From positions 1 to 56,298 of IMG/VR virus record IMGVR_UViG_3300037861_000279: a DNA stretch of 56,298 bases. One strand, given 5' to 3'. Under the pieces are notes generated by a model. The model searched no databases. It saw only the letters and a list, made by a program, of their open reading frames with translations, and was not told where the DNA came from. A program made the position numbers and the translations under genes. Of this stretch, positions 17,464-27,003 are shown piece after piece. The stretch is from a virus (Duplodnaviria; Caudoviricetes). Positions within the stretch are counted from its first letter, which is position 1; every line of letters starts with the position of its first letter.

Positions 17464-18557
17464 AAGAAGACAATGGATTAGCAATTGTAAAACCACAAGT
17501 GACTTCAGCTTTGGCTGCAGTTGAGCAGTCTAAAGCTTTGGCAGAGGTCCAGGCCTCCATGCTTTTCGCCATGGGAAACCCCAGGGATGAGGTCCAGGCG
17601 GAAAGAAAACTGATGAATAGCTGCAAGAGCCTGGGGATGGCAGACAGTGCAGCCTATGCCTTCCCTCGGGGTGGCAAGATGGTTACTGGCGCATCTATTC
17701 GGCTCGCTGAAGAAGCCGCCAGGTGTTGGGGTAATATCAAGTGCGGTTTTGATGAAATAGACAGGGGTAAAGATTTCTCCGAAGTGGTTGCATATGCAAT
17801 CGATCTCGAGGCGAATGTTACATTTTCCAGAAAAATAAGAATCCCACATACCCGTGATAAAAATTCTGGAAATGTGGAGCTTACTGGTGAACGTGACAAG
17901 TACGAACTGGTTGCCAACATGGCACAGAGAAGAGTTCGATCTTGTATCTTGCAGATCATTCCTGCTCATATTATCGACACTGCTCTCGAAACATGTGACC
18001 TCACCCTTAAAGGTGGTATTGGTGACATGAAAGAGGCAGTCACCAAACTCCTCACCGCATTCGATGCCGTTGGGGTAACCAAGATAGAGATCGAAGGGTT
18101 TCTCCAGCGCAAGCTTGCATCGATTGTCCCTGCAGATATAATCTCTCTCAGGAAGATCTACTCCTCTATTAAAAATGGCGTTGCCGCAAAGGAAGAATTT
18201 TTCCGTGAAGACGATGTCGAAAAGATGAATGCGAGGTTCTCTGGTAATGGAAATAGAAAGAAGAAAACTGACAGTACCAAGACCAAGGCAGCTGGAGAGA
18301 AGAAGGTCATTGATAAGCCCGAAGACGCCACTCCCCCAGCTGAAGAAAACGGATCTGCAGACGATGCCGGCACTGTCGAGACTCCTACAGAATCACCCGA
18401 CACTGCTGCCTTCGAAGAGTCTAAAGAAACTAAAACAGTAGAGGGTCCGGACGCTAATGGAATGGTTGCCTGCCCTGAAGCTGGTGGCATGCTGGTTCCT
18501 TCTGGAGAGTGTCCGAGCCTGCCTTGTTACAAAGGTTGCCCTGAACACAATGAATAA
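17460..18557 (+). CDS. Putative single-strand annealing/recombination protein with C-terminal Cys cluster
   Basis: PRDE...YAFPRGGKMVTGASIRLAE...WGN family pattern near a RecE-like exonuclease; acidic linker; CPE...CPSLPCYKGC tail. Confidence 0.6.
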   Translation: MKEDNGLAIVKPQVTSALAAVEQSKALAEVQASMLFAMGNPRDEVQAERKLMNSCKSLGMADSAAYAFPRGGKMVTGASIRLAEEAARCWGNIKCGFDEIDRGKDFSEVVAYAIDLEANVTFSRKIRIPHTRDKNSGNVELTGERDKYELVANMAQRRVRSCILQIIPAHIIDTALETCDLTLKGGIGDMKEAVTKLLTAFDAVGVTKIEIEGFLQRKLASIVPADIISLRKIYSSIKNGVAAKEEFFREDDVEKMNARFSGNGNRKKKTDSTKTKAAGEKKVIDKPEDATPPAEENGSADDAGTVETPTESPDTAAFEESKETKTVEGPDANGMVACPEAGGMLVPSGECPSLPCYKGCPEHNE

Positions 18558-18656
18558 TAAGCAGCTACCAATCCCTGTCCTTTTGGTCGATGATGATAAG
18601 GACAGGGGTGTTGATGAATATTTTTCAAAAAAACTCGAGAATTTCAAGGAGAATGA

Positions 18657-19976
18657 ATGAAGATTATAAAGCTTGAAGCTGAAAACGTTAAACGGATTCG
18701 TGCGGTAGAAATCACTCCAGATGGGTCAATGGTCATGATCGGTGGAGATAATGCCCAGGGCAAGTCCTCGGTCCTTGATTCTATAATGGTGGCTCTTGGT
18801 GGAAAAAAGTATGAGTCACTCCAGATGGTCCACGATGGGAAAAAGAAGGGTTTTATCGATCTTGATTTCGGAAAAATCAAAGTTAGAAGAACTTTTACCG
18901 TTTCCGGAGGTGGAATCCTCACTGTAACTGATGCTGATGGTCACAAAATGGCATCGCCACAGACAGTTCTTGATTCTCTAATAGGAGCAGTCTCTTTTGA
19001 CCCATTGTCTTTTGCTGGATCAACTGACGGGCAGCAGGGCGAAATAATCAAAGATCTTGCTGGCATCGATTTGTCTGAACTCGATGCAAACAGAAAAGAG
19101 TATTACGATGAGAGGACTTTGGTTAATCGTGAGACCAAAAAATATGAAACAGCTTTGGCTGAGATGGCCGAGCCAGCCGAGCATGAATTAGACGAGAAGT
19201 ATCTCAAACCTCTTACGACCACTGATGTGCTAAAAGAAATCGCTGATAATGATGAGGTTAAAAAAGGACACGTTGCCGAATACGAGTGGAGTGAAAAACT
19301 TATCAAGGATATCGCTGATGCTGACGCTTTGGTTGTTTTTAATAAAGCCAGGATTTCGGAACTTGAGAAAGAAATAGATATTCTCAAGCAAAGGAATAAA
19401 GATGCTGCCTTGGCCACCGATGCTAATAATAAAAACTTGCAAGAGAGTGAAAAGAAGCAGGCTGAGTTTTCCGAAAAAATCATTCATCCTGAAGTCCTCA
19501 AAAACAAGCTGCAGTCGATTGAAGATCACAATAGAGTTGTCAGAAAAAATGAGAGCTATGCTGCTGCCGAGAAAAAAGTAGCTGACTCTGTCATTGAAGC
19601 TGATAATCTCACCAAAAAAATTACAGATGCTGATACTGAACGTGACAAGACAATCAAAGCAGCATCAATGCCCATATCCGGTTTGTCGTTTAATGAAGAT
19701 GGCATTCTCCTCTACCAAAACATCCCCTTCTCCCAGGCCAGTGACGCCGAGAAAATCAGAGTGTCAGTAGCCATCGGGATAGCAATGAATCCCAAACTCA
19801 AAGTCCTGATGATCCGCAATGGATCTCTCCTTGATGAAAAAAATCTTAGCATGATTGCCAAAATGGCCCAGCTGAAAAATTCTCAGCTTTGGGTTGAGAC
19901 TGTTGGTAAACGTGAAGGTTGTTCTGTCATCATGGAAGACGGCTTCTCAAAAACTCCTGATTCAGAGGATGTCTAA
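18657..19976 (+). CDS. SMC/RecN-like AAA ATPase with coiled coil
   Basis: ENVKRI, Walker A GDNAQGKSS, long coiled coil, degenerate signature ASDAEK and GSLLD. Confidence 0.85.
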   Translation: MKIIKLEAENVKRIRAVEITPDGSMVMIGGDNAQGKSSVLDSIMVALGGKKYESLQMVHDGKKKGFIDLDFGKIKVRRTFTVSGGGILTVTDADGHKMASPQTVLDSLIGAVSFDPLSFAGSTDGQQGEIIKDLAGIDLSELDANRKEYYDERTLVNRETKKYETALAEMAEPAEHELDEKYLKPLTTTDVLKEIADNDEVKKGHVAEYEWSEKLIKDIADADALVVFNKARISELEKEIDILKQRNKDAALATDANNKNLQESEKKQAEFSEKIIHPEVLKNKLQSIEDHNRVVRKNESYAAAEKKVADSVIEADNLTKKITDADTERDKTIKAASMPISGLSFNEDGILLYQNIPFSQASDAEKIRVSVAIGIAMNPKLKVLMIRNGSLLDEKNLSMIAKMAQLKNSQLWVETVGKREGCSVIMEDGFSKTPDSEDV

Positions 19977-20151
19977 AGGCAATTGCCCTGGGTACCCTGG
20001 TGAGCTTCCACCAAAAGAATGGTGTGAGCTTGCTATGGGGTACTGGTGTCGTAAGGCAGTTTGCGGTAGGCACGACGGTAGGCTGATCACCAAGCATCAG
20101 CAGGATAGGGAGAAGCTCGATGGAAAGGGGATATCTAAAACTATGGCGTAA
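19969..20151 (+). CDS. Small Cys-containing hypothetical protein
   Basis: GAGG before ATG 19969; fills the gap between the ATPase and replication genes. Confidence 0.4.
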   Translation: MSKGNCPGYPGELPPKEWCELAMGYWCRKAVCGRHDGRLITKHQQDREKLDGKGISKTMA

Positions 20152-21016
20152 GAGTATTGATTCCATGGTTTTTAAAGACAAAAGCCTCTGGCAGCTTTGG
20201 AGTTATTGCCTAATGAGGACAACGTACAAGACAAGACATGTTTCACTAAAGACTGGTAAAGGTTCAGTGATTGTCACCATAGAGCCTGGTCAATTTATCT
20301 TCGGCAGATACTCGGTTTCCAAGGATCTTGGAGAGAGTCCGTCGACAGTTTGGGACAGAATGAAAAAGTTGGCTAAAATAGGTAACATTACGATAGAGTC
20401 CAACGATCAATACTCTATTGTAAGTATATGTAATTGGGAGTCTTACCAGTCTGACGACGAAGAAATCCAACTACCAACCGACCATCAACCGACCATCAAC
20501 CGACCATCAACCGACACAAACAAGAAGAAGAAGAAAGAGGAGAAGGTAAAGATAACTACTAAGACGGAAAAATCTGATCTAACAAAAGTTGATATTGCTC
20601 ATGTTGATTTCACAAACATCAGTCCACTGATAACAGCAGAGACAATTAAGCAGTTTATCCTTCATAGAAAAGTTAAAAAATCTCCCCTCACACAAAACGC
20701 ACTTGAGCTAACATGCAAAACTGCAATGAAATGCAAAGAGGCCTTTGATCTTGATCCGAATGAGGCGATTCAATACGGAATCGAGAGAGGTTGGCAGAGC
20801 ATAAATGTGAAGTGGATGGAAAAAGATTTCAAGGAGAATAAGGTCAATGGCAGAAGGCAGCAACAACAGCCAAGAATGACGCCCAGGCAACAATACATGA
20901 ACGACTTAACGGAGACACTGGATGAAATCAAAAACGGGAGCACTGGCCAAAATATGTCCACTAACGATGGATCAGGTAGAGATCTCGTTGTTGTCCCTAC
21001 TGATGCACTATCCTGA
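20120..21016 (+). CDS. Replication initiator (replisome organiser, lambda O/DnaD-like)
   Basis: MERGYLKLWRK...IEPGQFIFG...SIVSICNWESYQ; internal iterons; C-terminal HRKVKKSPLT...GWQS. Confidence 0.85.
   Translation: MERGYLKLWRKSIDSMVFKDKSLWQLWSYCLMRTTYKTRHVSLKTGKGSVIVTIEPGQFIFGRYSVSKDLGESPSTVWDRMKKLAKIGNITIESNDQYSIVSICNWESYQSDDEEIQLPTDHQPTINRPSTDTNKKKKKEEKVKITTKTEKSDLTKVDIAHVDFTNISPLITAETIKQFILHRKVKKSPLTQNALELTCKTAMKCKEAFDLDPNEAIQYGIERGWQSINVKWMEKDFKENKVNGRRQQQQPRMTPRQQYMNDLTETLDEIKNGSTGQNMSTNDGSGRDLVVVPTDALS
20475..20515 (+). repeat. Iteron array, probable replication origin
   Basis: CAACCGACCAT x3 plus CAACCGAC, followed by an A-rich tract, inside the initiator gene. Confidence 0.75.
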
Positions 21017-21398
21017 ATCTGGTATAAATGGCAAAGCAATTGGAATGCTTGCAATTGATTACCACCTCGACCTCACAGAGGCTGGAGTAACATCGGCACA
21101 ATTCGACTATGCAATGATAAAGGTCAGGCAAAAGTGTGGTTTCTTCCCAAAAGTTAAGGATTTCATGGAAGCAGTCAGGGGATACAGGGAACAGCCGCCA
21201 AGGCCTGCTGCCAGTAATCTTCTTCCTGAAGAAACATCTGGGAAAGAATGGCTGGAAGAGGAAATGGAACTCAATCGGCAAAAGTTCGTTGTTCTCATTG
21301 ATCAGTCATTAGGGAAAATAACCCAGAAAGTTGCAGAAAAGAAAATTGAGGCCCTGGAAAAGAAGCTGTTGGTCTTCGCAGGGAAGATGGTCAAATAA
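20922..21398 (+). CDS. Helicase loader/inhibitor-like protein
   Basis: YHLDL...FFPKVKDFME motif; overlaps the initiator 3' end. Confidence 0.6.
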   Translation: MKSKTGALAKICPLTMDQVEISLLSLLMHYPESGINGKAIGMLAIDYHLDLTEAGVTSAQFDYAMIKVRQKCGFFPKVKDFMEAVRGYREQPPRPAASNLLPEETSGKEWLEEEMELNRQKFVVLIDQSLGKITQKVAEKKIEALEKKLLVFAGKMVK

Positions 21399-21416
21399 CA
21401 ACTCAGGATAAGGTGC

Positions 21417-21695
21417 ATGCTAAATTTACAAGAACGGTTGACACAAACTACACATGAAGAAGAAAATCCAGTGGTGAGCCAGTTAAAGGCTTTTTTTAGT
21501 GGTGAGCCACGGATATCCGCAACAAAGGTCAAACTGCCAGACGGAACCCATGTCACGAGGGTGACAAGAGATGGGGTCGTCCTGAGTGAAACACCAACGC
21601 CAGCATCTGAAATACGAGAACCGAGAACCTCTTGCTTATATCAACATAGAACCATTGCTGACATGACTTTCAAGAGGATAACTAGGAAGCAATAA
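21417..21695 (+). CDS. Hypothetical protein
   Basis: 92-aa ORF with TAAGGT RBS. Confidence 0.5.
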   Translation: MLNLQERLTQTTHEEENPVVSQLKAFFSGEPRISATKVKLPDGTHVTRVTRDGVVLSETPTPASEIREPRTSCLYQHRTIADMTFKRITRKQ

Positions 21696-21845
21696 GAAGT
21701 GTTAGGCTCTAGTAGATATGAGGAGTAGAGTGCAGCCGAAATGATTCGACAGGTTGTGGGCGAAGTCGTGCAGTGGTGAGGTTACCGGATATGTGTAGGT
21801 AGCTTTACTTTTGGTCAGGTTAATTTAACATTTGGGAGAAAGGTT

Positions 21846-22682
21846 ATGGACAACAACAAAAAAGAATTGTTGCCGATTGAGTTGCGTTCTATTGGCGAGG
21901 GTCAGATGAACACGGTCAATGCCAGGTTACTGTATGAATTCCTCGGGGTAAGGAAAGACTTCTCGAACTGGATCAAAGCTCAGATCAAACGTGCAAGACT
22001 GCAGGAAGATCGGGACTATATTTTGCTCACCCCAGAAGGCGAGCAAACCCGTGGAGGTAACAACAGGATAGATTACTTTTTTACCCTGGAATCCGGAAAA
22101 CATATTGCTATGATGAGTGAGTGCGATAAAGGGTTTGAGGTAAGGGACTATTTTATCGAGTGTGAAGGAATCGCACAGCAAAAATCTCAGTACAATATTC
22201 CACAGACATACCCAGAGGCACTGAGGGTTGCAGCTGACTTTGCCCAGGAAAATCAGGAGCAACGCAAAGTGATTCTCAACCAAAACAAAGAGCTTGAAGA
22301 GGCAAAACCAGCCATAGAATTCACCAATATAGTCGGTCTTACAAATAAACTATTATACCTGTCGGATTTCGCCCAACTTATGTCCAATAACGAGGGGGGC
22401 ATTATCGGCAGAACGAATATATTTAGATGGCTCAGACATGACAAGATATTGCGTAAAAACAATATCCCATATCAATCGTACGTTGACCGTGGGTGGTTTG
22501 ATGTAAGGGAAAGGGATTATGAAAACAAAGGAACAAATGGCCCAAGGGTTGGTTTGGTCACGATGATCACGGGTAAGGGCCAAGTTGCGTTATATAAGAG
22601 ATTTAAACGGTCTAAATCGAGATTCATGTTTATGAACAAAAAAGCAAAAGGGAAAAAGGGAATGAATGCTCAAGTCGGTTGA
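21846..22682 (+). CDS. Phage antirepressor (AntA/AntB N-terminus, KilAC/ANT C-terminus)
   Basis: VNARLLYEFLGVRKDFSNWIK...VRDYFIECE; PQTYPEALR; NIPYQSYVDRGWF...ITGKGQ. Confidence 0.9.
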   Translation: MDNNKKELLPIELRSIGEGQMNTVNARLLYEFLGVRKDFSNWIKAQIKRARLQEDRDYILLTPEGEQTRGGNNRIDYFFTLESGKHIAMMSECDKGFEVRDYFIECEGIAQQKSQYNIPQTYPEALRVAADFAQENQEQRKVILNQNKELEEAKPAIEFTNIVGLTNKLLYLSDFAQLMSNNEGGIIGRTNIFRWLRHDKILRKNNIPYQSYVDRGWFDVRERDYENKGTNGPRVGLVTMITGKGQVALYKRFKRSKSRFMFMNKKAKGKKGMNAQVG

Positions 22683-22716
22683 GAGGTACAGGGATAAAAT
22701 TATATTAGGGAAAGTC

Positions 22717-22878
22717 ATGGATGAGCAAATATACGAAGAAGGTGATCTTTGTCCTCAATGTGGTGATGGTCACCTAGAGCTCCCAGAAGTGGAAAACTGT
22801 ACCTGCTTTCAAGTTGCTCCCTGCAGCCGATGTGAAGGTACTGTTCCCTGCTGCTCGGAGTGTGGATGGGAGGATTGA
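22717..22878 (+). CDS. Cys-rich zinc-finger microprotein
   Basis: CPQC, CTC, PCSRC, CCSECGW. Confidence 0.6.
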   Translation: MDEQIYEEGDLCPQCGDGHLELPEVENCTCFQVAPCSRCEGTVPCCSECGWED

Positions 22879-22977
22879 GGGGAGATAGAGTGCATGTCCG
22901 ATGCAACAAACTCGAAAAAATCAGTAAAATTTAAAGTGGTCAATGCGGTTAAGCATTAAATAAAAACAGGAGATGTA

Positions 22978-23391
22978 ATGATCAACAAAGTAATGCTCAT
23001 TGGAAATTTAGGATCAGATCCAGAAATGCGCTACACACCGAGCGGTACAGCTGTAGCGACTCTCTCGGTGGCAACTTCCAGATCATGGAAAGATAAGGAT
23101 GGGCAGAGGCAGGAAGAGACAGAATGGCACAGAGTCATTGTCTGGGCTCAGTCTGCAGAGTTTTGCGGGAATTACTTGAAGAAGGGTTCGAAAGTATATA
23201 TCGAAGGCCGGCTGCAGACCCGTAAATGGCAGGACCATAGCGGCAATGACAAATACACCACTGAGATTATTTCTAATGCCGTACAGAATCTATCACCAAG
23301 AGAGTCAGATGGTGGATCAGGTGGTGGTGGATTCCAACAGCCTCCTCCGATGCCTGGCGGTGGCGGAACCGGTGAAGATGGCCCATTTTAA
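22978..23391 (+). CDS. ssb: Single-stranded DNA-binding protein
   Basis: [16 protein letters not shown]...TEWHRV...[12 protein letters not shown]; acidic EDGPF tail. Confidence 0.97.
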   Translation: MINKVMLIGNLGSDPEMRYTPSGTAVATLSVATSRSWKDKDGQRQEETEWHRVIVWAQSAEFCGNYLKKGSKVYIEGRLQTRKWQDHSGNDKYTTEIISNAVQNLSPRESDGGSGGGGFQQPPPMPGGGGTGEDGPF

Positions 23392-23416
23392 TTACCCCGA
23401 GAGAGGGTAATTAAAA
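23386..23416. repeat. Inverted repeat overlapping the ssb stop
   Basis: TTTTAATTACCC-N7-GGGTAATTAAAA. Confidence 0.7.
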
Positions 23417-23423
23417 ATTAATG

Positions 23424-23468
23424 AAAAAAAATCCGGCACCAGACATATAGTCCGGTACCGGATTTTTT
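23424..23468. terminator. Bidirectional terminator between convergent operons
   Basis: A-tract, TCCGGCACCAGAC-ATATA-GTCCGGTACCGGA, T-tract. Confidence 0.8.
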
Positions 23469-23469
23469 A

Positions 23470-24069
23470 TTAGTTAGACAGATGATCAATATTGATTTTA
23501 TATTCGCCATTCACTTTATCCCGGCAAACAGACTGTAATTTTGACCACCACTCTGTATCTGTTACTTTTTCTTCAGCAACCATCCTTGCGTGTTTTAGTT
23601 CTCGGTAGTGCCTAAACTCACCACTCGGAATAGCCAACACCTTGTAAAACCACAAAGGAATCATGCAGTGCCAATATTTATCAGGGGCAAACAGTTTACT
23701 CTCCGTAATGTTATTGCGGATTGTATAGAACGATGAATGTCCTAGGATGAAGTCTTGCCACTTCGTAGATCTAACTGGCCACCTAGTTGTGGTTTGCTCA
23801 CCATTTGTAGCAAATCCACACATCGTCTCCCACTCTACCCTGTCAAATAACCAGTGAGCTATTTTAGCACCAAGCTCTGGGTGTTTGTCACCGTCTGCAT
23901 CTTTAAGGTTTGTCCTACCCCAGTAACCCCAGTCATGGATAAAGATACAAATCAGTTCCCGCCATGAAGGGAAACTCTTATATATTTTCACCCAGGCTAT
24001 TAAAACCAAAAAAGGGTGAAGGAAAAACTGATGTACTCCAAAAAGTATCGTTTTTGTTCCAAGTGTCAT
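23470..24069 (-). CDS. HD-superfamily-like protein
   Basis: GVHQFFLHP...IFIHDWG...HPELGA...GHS...PDK spacing resembles H-HD-H-H-D metal sites; GAGG RBS before ATG 24069. Confidence 0.5.
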   Translation of the reverse strand: MTLGTKTILFGVHQFFLHPFLVLIAWVKIYKSFPSWRELICIFIHDWGYWGRTNLKDADGDKHPELGAKIAHWLFDRVEWETMCGFATNGEQTTTRWPVRSTKWQDFILGHSSFYTIRNNITESKLFAPDKYWHCMIPLWFYKVLAIPSGEFRHYRELKHARMVAEEKVTDTEWWSKLQSVCRDKVNGEYKINIDHLSN

Positions 24070-24186
24070 TTTTAACCTCATACCTTGGATTGGAAAACCT
24101 GACATGCCTTTTGCCTTGGTCCTCTTTTCATAGGCAACCTCACCAGTTTAATGGTCGTAAAAAGGATGAGACATACCTCCCTTTTC

Positions 24187-24429
24187 TTAAAGCAGACTAC
24201 CACACCGACCGCACTGGTCACGTAGCTTCAATGGAGCTTCATCATGTAGACCGAAGACTCCCTTCTCCTGTCCTTCATTTGTTTGAAAACCGAAACAATG
24301 TCCAGGGGCAGATTGCCTGGTCTCTGGCTTGTGATATCCAAGTAAACACATGACTCTTTGCCACCATGGCATCTCCTTTGGAAACCAAGGCATTGAGGTG
24401 TTGCTGCCTTTAATGTCATCTCCATCCAT
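24187..24429 (-). CDS. Small zinc-finger-like protein
   Basis: AAAGGAG RBS; CLLGYH...CGRCG. Confidence 0.5.
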   Translation of the reverse strand: MDGDDIKGSNTSMPWFPKEMPWWQRVMCLLGYHKPETRQSAPGHCFGFQTNEGQEKGVFGLHDEAPLKLRDQCGRCGSLL

Positions 24430-24626
24430 TTGGAAAGCTCCTTTATTGAGGGTTGTTAAAGTGTTTCGTCCATAGGAGACCACGGGCAGCTGTCGCATCC
24501 CCAGACTCCGTGGTGATCCTGACTTATAGTTCCACCGCACTCGCATGGATACTCTTCCCTTTCATCTTTTGGATCGTCTTCAAATCCCACGCTACTCCTT
24601 GTAGGATATTCAGTTAAACTCTTGCA

Positions 24627-25478
24627 CTACGCCTGACAACAATATGCGTCTTTAACTACATTCCTCGTCATTGCCGGCCTAGCCCATGCTCGTTGAAAAC
24701 GCCTCCACTCTTTGTCGGTATCCCCTTCTTTGTTTTTCCAGAGCATGGCCATAGGCATAAATCCAGCCTCCCATGCTTCAAGTAGCCTTTTCTTTGCTGC
24801 TGTGATGGTGTCTTGTGGCCATCCTATCAAGACATAGCACCGAAGATGGCGGCGAGTGAAGTCTGCATACCTCAGCTTTTCCCCGGCCCTTCTTAAATGC
24901 TCAAGATCGTCAGGAGTATCGTAGGCAAAAAACATCTGGTCTGGTCGCAAATTCCACAACATTGTAACATGCGTATGAGTGAGAACTTTGGCCTCCAAAC
25001 CGCCCGTTAACTGTGCTCTCTTTGGTTGTTTTTTCATCATCTTGAAAACTTCAAGAATGTGCTCAGTTGAACAGGCTAGAATGTTACTATCTAAAAGGTT
25101 CCAGCCCTCATGTATAGGCAATTCACGAATCCCCCCTTCACGCTTATGGACATCACAAAACCAGCAATTATTTGGGCAACCTCGCGATGTCATTAGATAC
25201 CCATGTTTTAAATACATTCCTGGGGTAAAATCTCCACCGTGATCCCCGCAAGCAGGCCCACCAATTTGCACCGGAGCTATACTTTTCCAATCAGTTGCAA
25301 GTCGTTCGGCTTTTGCCATGTCATAGGTAAAAGTGACGCTCACATGAACCTCATCAATGTCGGCGGTAAAGTCGGCCGGTGGAGGTCCAAAGAACGCAAG
25401 TTCGTCGTCGGGTGACGCTGTTGTTTTCCTGGGAAATACTCTTGCAATCCTCGTTATATCTTGCTCCCTTTTATGCAT
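24627..25478 (-). CDS. Radical SAM protein
   Basis: TSRGCPNNCWFC (CxxxCxxC), LLDSNIL, GGLE, FFAYD, CYVLIG. Confidence 0.88.
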   Translation of the reverse strand: MHKREQDITRIARVFPRKTTASPDDELAFFGPPPADFTADIDEVHVSVTFTYDMAKAERLATDWKSIAPVQIGGPACGDHGGDFTPGMYLKHGYLMTSRGCPNNCWFCDVHKREGGIRELPIHEGWNLLDSNILACSTEHILEVFKMMKKQPKRAQLTGGLEAKVLTHTHVTMLWNLRPDQMFFAYDTPDDLEHLRRAGEKLRYADFTRRHLRCYVLIGWPQDTITAAKKRLLEAWEAGFMPMAMLWKNKEGDTDKEWRRFQRAWARPAMTRNVVKDAYCCQA

Positions 25479-25542
25479 CAGCCGAAACTGATATTACTTT
25501 CTCACCAACCGTTTAACTGAGACTCAACCAGGAACTCAGTTA

Positions 25543-25833
25543 TTATCTTGCACTCTGCCTAACGTGATTTATAGCGTACAAAACACACCCAAATGGCCGA
25601 CCAATCAAGGCACTGACGGCTTTACAGGTAGAGCATGGACGCGAACTCCAAGAGTGAGGATCTGCTTGTATAAGGTCGAATGCTGGGCCGGTAATCCTCT
25701 TCATAGAAGCTGATAATAAATTCTCCAAATCTGCCTCGGTGAATCCTTTTTCACCACGTTTTCTCGGTGGTGCCGGTGATGGTTTTGGCCTCACCGCCTC
25801 TACTGGTGGTCCTGGATTACTTTGCTTTTTCAT
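25543..25833 (-). CDS. Hypothetical protein with Pro-rich N-terminus and H/CxxC/C site
   Basis: RPKPSPAPPRK; DPHSWSSRPCSTC...PFGC. Confidence 0.55.
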   Translation of the reverse strand: MKKQSNPGPPVEAVRPKPSPAPPRKRGEKGFTEADLENLLSASMKRITGPAFDLIQADPHSWSSRPCSTCKAVSALIGRPFGCVLYAINHVRQSAR

Positions 25834-26057
25834 AACTTATACACAGAAAGGCAATCTTCTATTTTAGCAAACGTGGCCTTTTGTTTTTCTGTATACCCAA
25901 GTTTATTGTCGTTCAGCGGCCCCCCTATGCAGCTAATGTGTTGCAGGGCGTGTTTCATAGACCCCTCCAGGAGAAGTACTCTATCTTTCAACTTCTCAAT
26001 TTTCCTAGCCTGCCGAACAATCAATTTGTCTTTTTTCACTTGTTGCTCCCTTTTCAA
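25830..26057 (-). CDS. Hypothetical coiled-coil protein
   Basis: Overlaps the neighbouring gene; ICIGGPLNDN-like motif (SCIGGPLNDN). Confidence 0.5.
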   Translation of the reverse strand: MKREQQVKKDKLIVRQARKIEKLKDRVLLLEGSMKHALQHISCIGGPLNDNKLGYTEKQKATFAKIEDCLSVYKL

Positions 26058-26148
26058 TAAAGTCCGTGCAAGATATTACTTTCCAATCAACCTTCCAGTG
26101 ATCGTTCAATTAGATTGATTATAGAGATTCTCCTCAAAAGAAAGTTCT

Positions 26149-26652
26149 TTAATCGTTATGCCTGGATAGGGCCAATCCTCCGCCACACACAGCACAGTAT
26201 TCTTTGCTTTCGTTAAGCTTCTTCACAGCTCCTAAGTGGTCCTTTCCCTCAAATACCTCCTGGCCAAGTGCCTCAACTGCCTTGGCGTATATTTCTTTAA
26301 TGAGTGTCAACTCCAGCGTCTCAGTGTGGATGTAATCGATTCCTCCTCCGCAAACCTCGCAGTCAGGATCTGGTTCATCGAAATAACAAGCACTGCACTT
26401 CATTTCGATCCTTATCTTATACTCACCCGAGAACGTGTATTTTGACCCATTCTTGGCAGTCAAAGATCTGGGCATCAATAGAAGATCTTGTGTAATTGTC
26501 GGAAGAGTAGGCCCAGAGTCTACAAAATGTATCTCGAACTCATCCTCTCCACCTGAGAAATCGCAATGCTTGTCACCCTGGCAGTAAATTGTTCCGCCAG
26601 GTTCTCGTTGTCTTGCCTCACCCAGGCAATGAGGACATACGTATCGTGGCAT
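26149..26652 (-). CDS. Multi-zinc-ribbon phage protein
   Basis: CPHC, CSAC...CEVC and CAVC around MPRSLTAKNGSK...SGEY. Confidence 0.6.
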   Translation of the reverse strand: MPRYVCPHCLGEARQREPGGTIYCQGDKHCDFSGGEDEFEIHFVDSGPTLPTITQDLLLMPRSLTAKNGSKYTFSGEYKIRIEMKCSACYFDEPDPDCEVCGGGIDYIHTETLELTLIKEIYAKAVEALGQEVFEGKDHLGAVKKLNESKEYCAVCGGGLALSRHND

Positions 26653-26655
26653 ATT

Positions 26656-27003
26656 TCATGCTCCTTGTGATCTTTCGATCATATCGATGAGAGACATCTT
26701 ACCTTCGAAGGAAAGTGTCTCTATTTTTTCGAGGATTTCCACTCTTACCCCATTAGTCCGCAAATTATCACGAAGGAAGAAGACCTCCAGGGCTGGTTTG
26801 TTTCCAGTGAAAACGTGTCCCTTCATTGATTTGAAGATTTCCACGAATTCTTCTTCCTGAAACGCAGGCATGTTCCTTCTGACCATCTCTTGGTAACGAT
26901 CAGCAAAGCTGTTGATAGCACCAGAAACGTTAACAGTTCCTCGAACATCGAGCATCGCATTGAGACCGCTCTGCAGGTAGATGTGCGGTTTTCTTTGATT
27001 CAT
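26656..27003 (-). CDS. Putative ribbon-helix-helix DNA-binding protein
   Basis: N-terminal PHIYL strand then helices (VSGAINSFADRY). Confidence 0.45.
   Translation of the reverse strand: MNQRKPHIYLQSGLNAMLDVRGTVNVSGAINSFADRYQEMVRRNMPAFQEEEFVEIFKSMKGHVFTGNKPALEVFFLRDNLRTNGVRVEILEKIETLSFEGKMSLIDMIERSQGA

Noticed and set aside
20475-20515. Mini CRISPR array
   Set aside because: 11-bp units without spacers, inside a coding region; no cas genes or spaced repeats seen elsewhere
21696-21845. tRNA or ribozyme in the gap before the antirepressor
   Set aside because: No cloverleaf or ribozyme core could be built; only very short ORFs
22978-23391. Host assignment to sulfate-reducing Deltaproteobacteria from the SSB sequence
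   Set aside because: Only an impression from memory; needs BLAST or CRISPR-spacer matches
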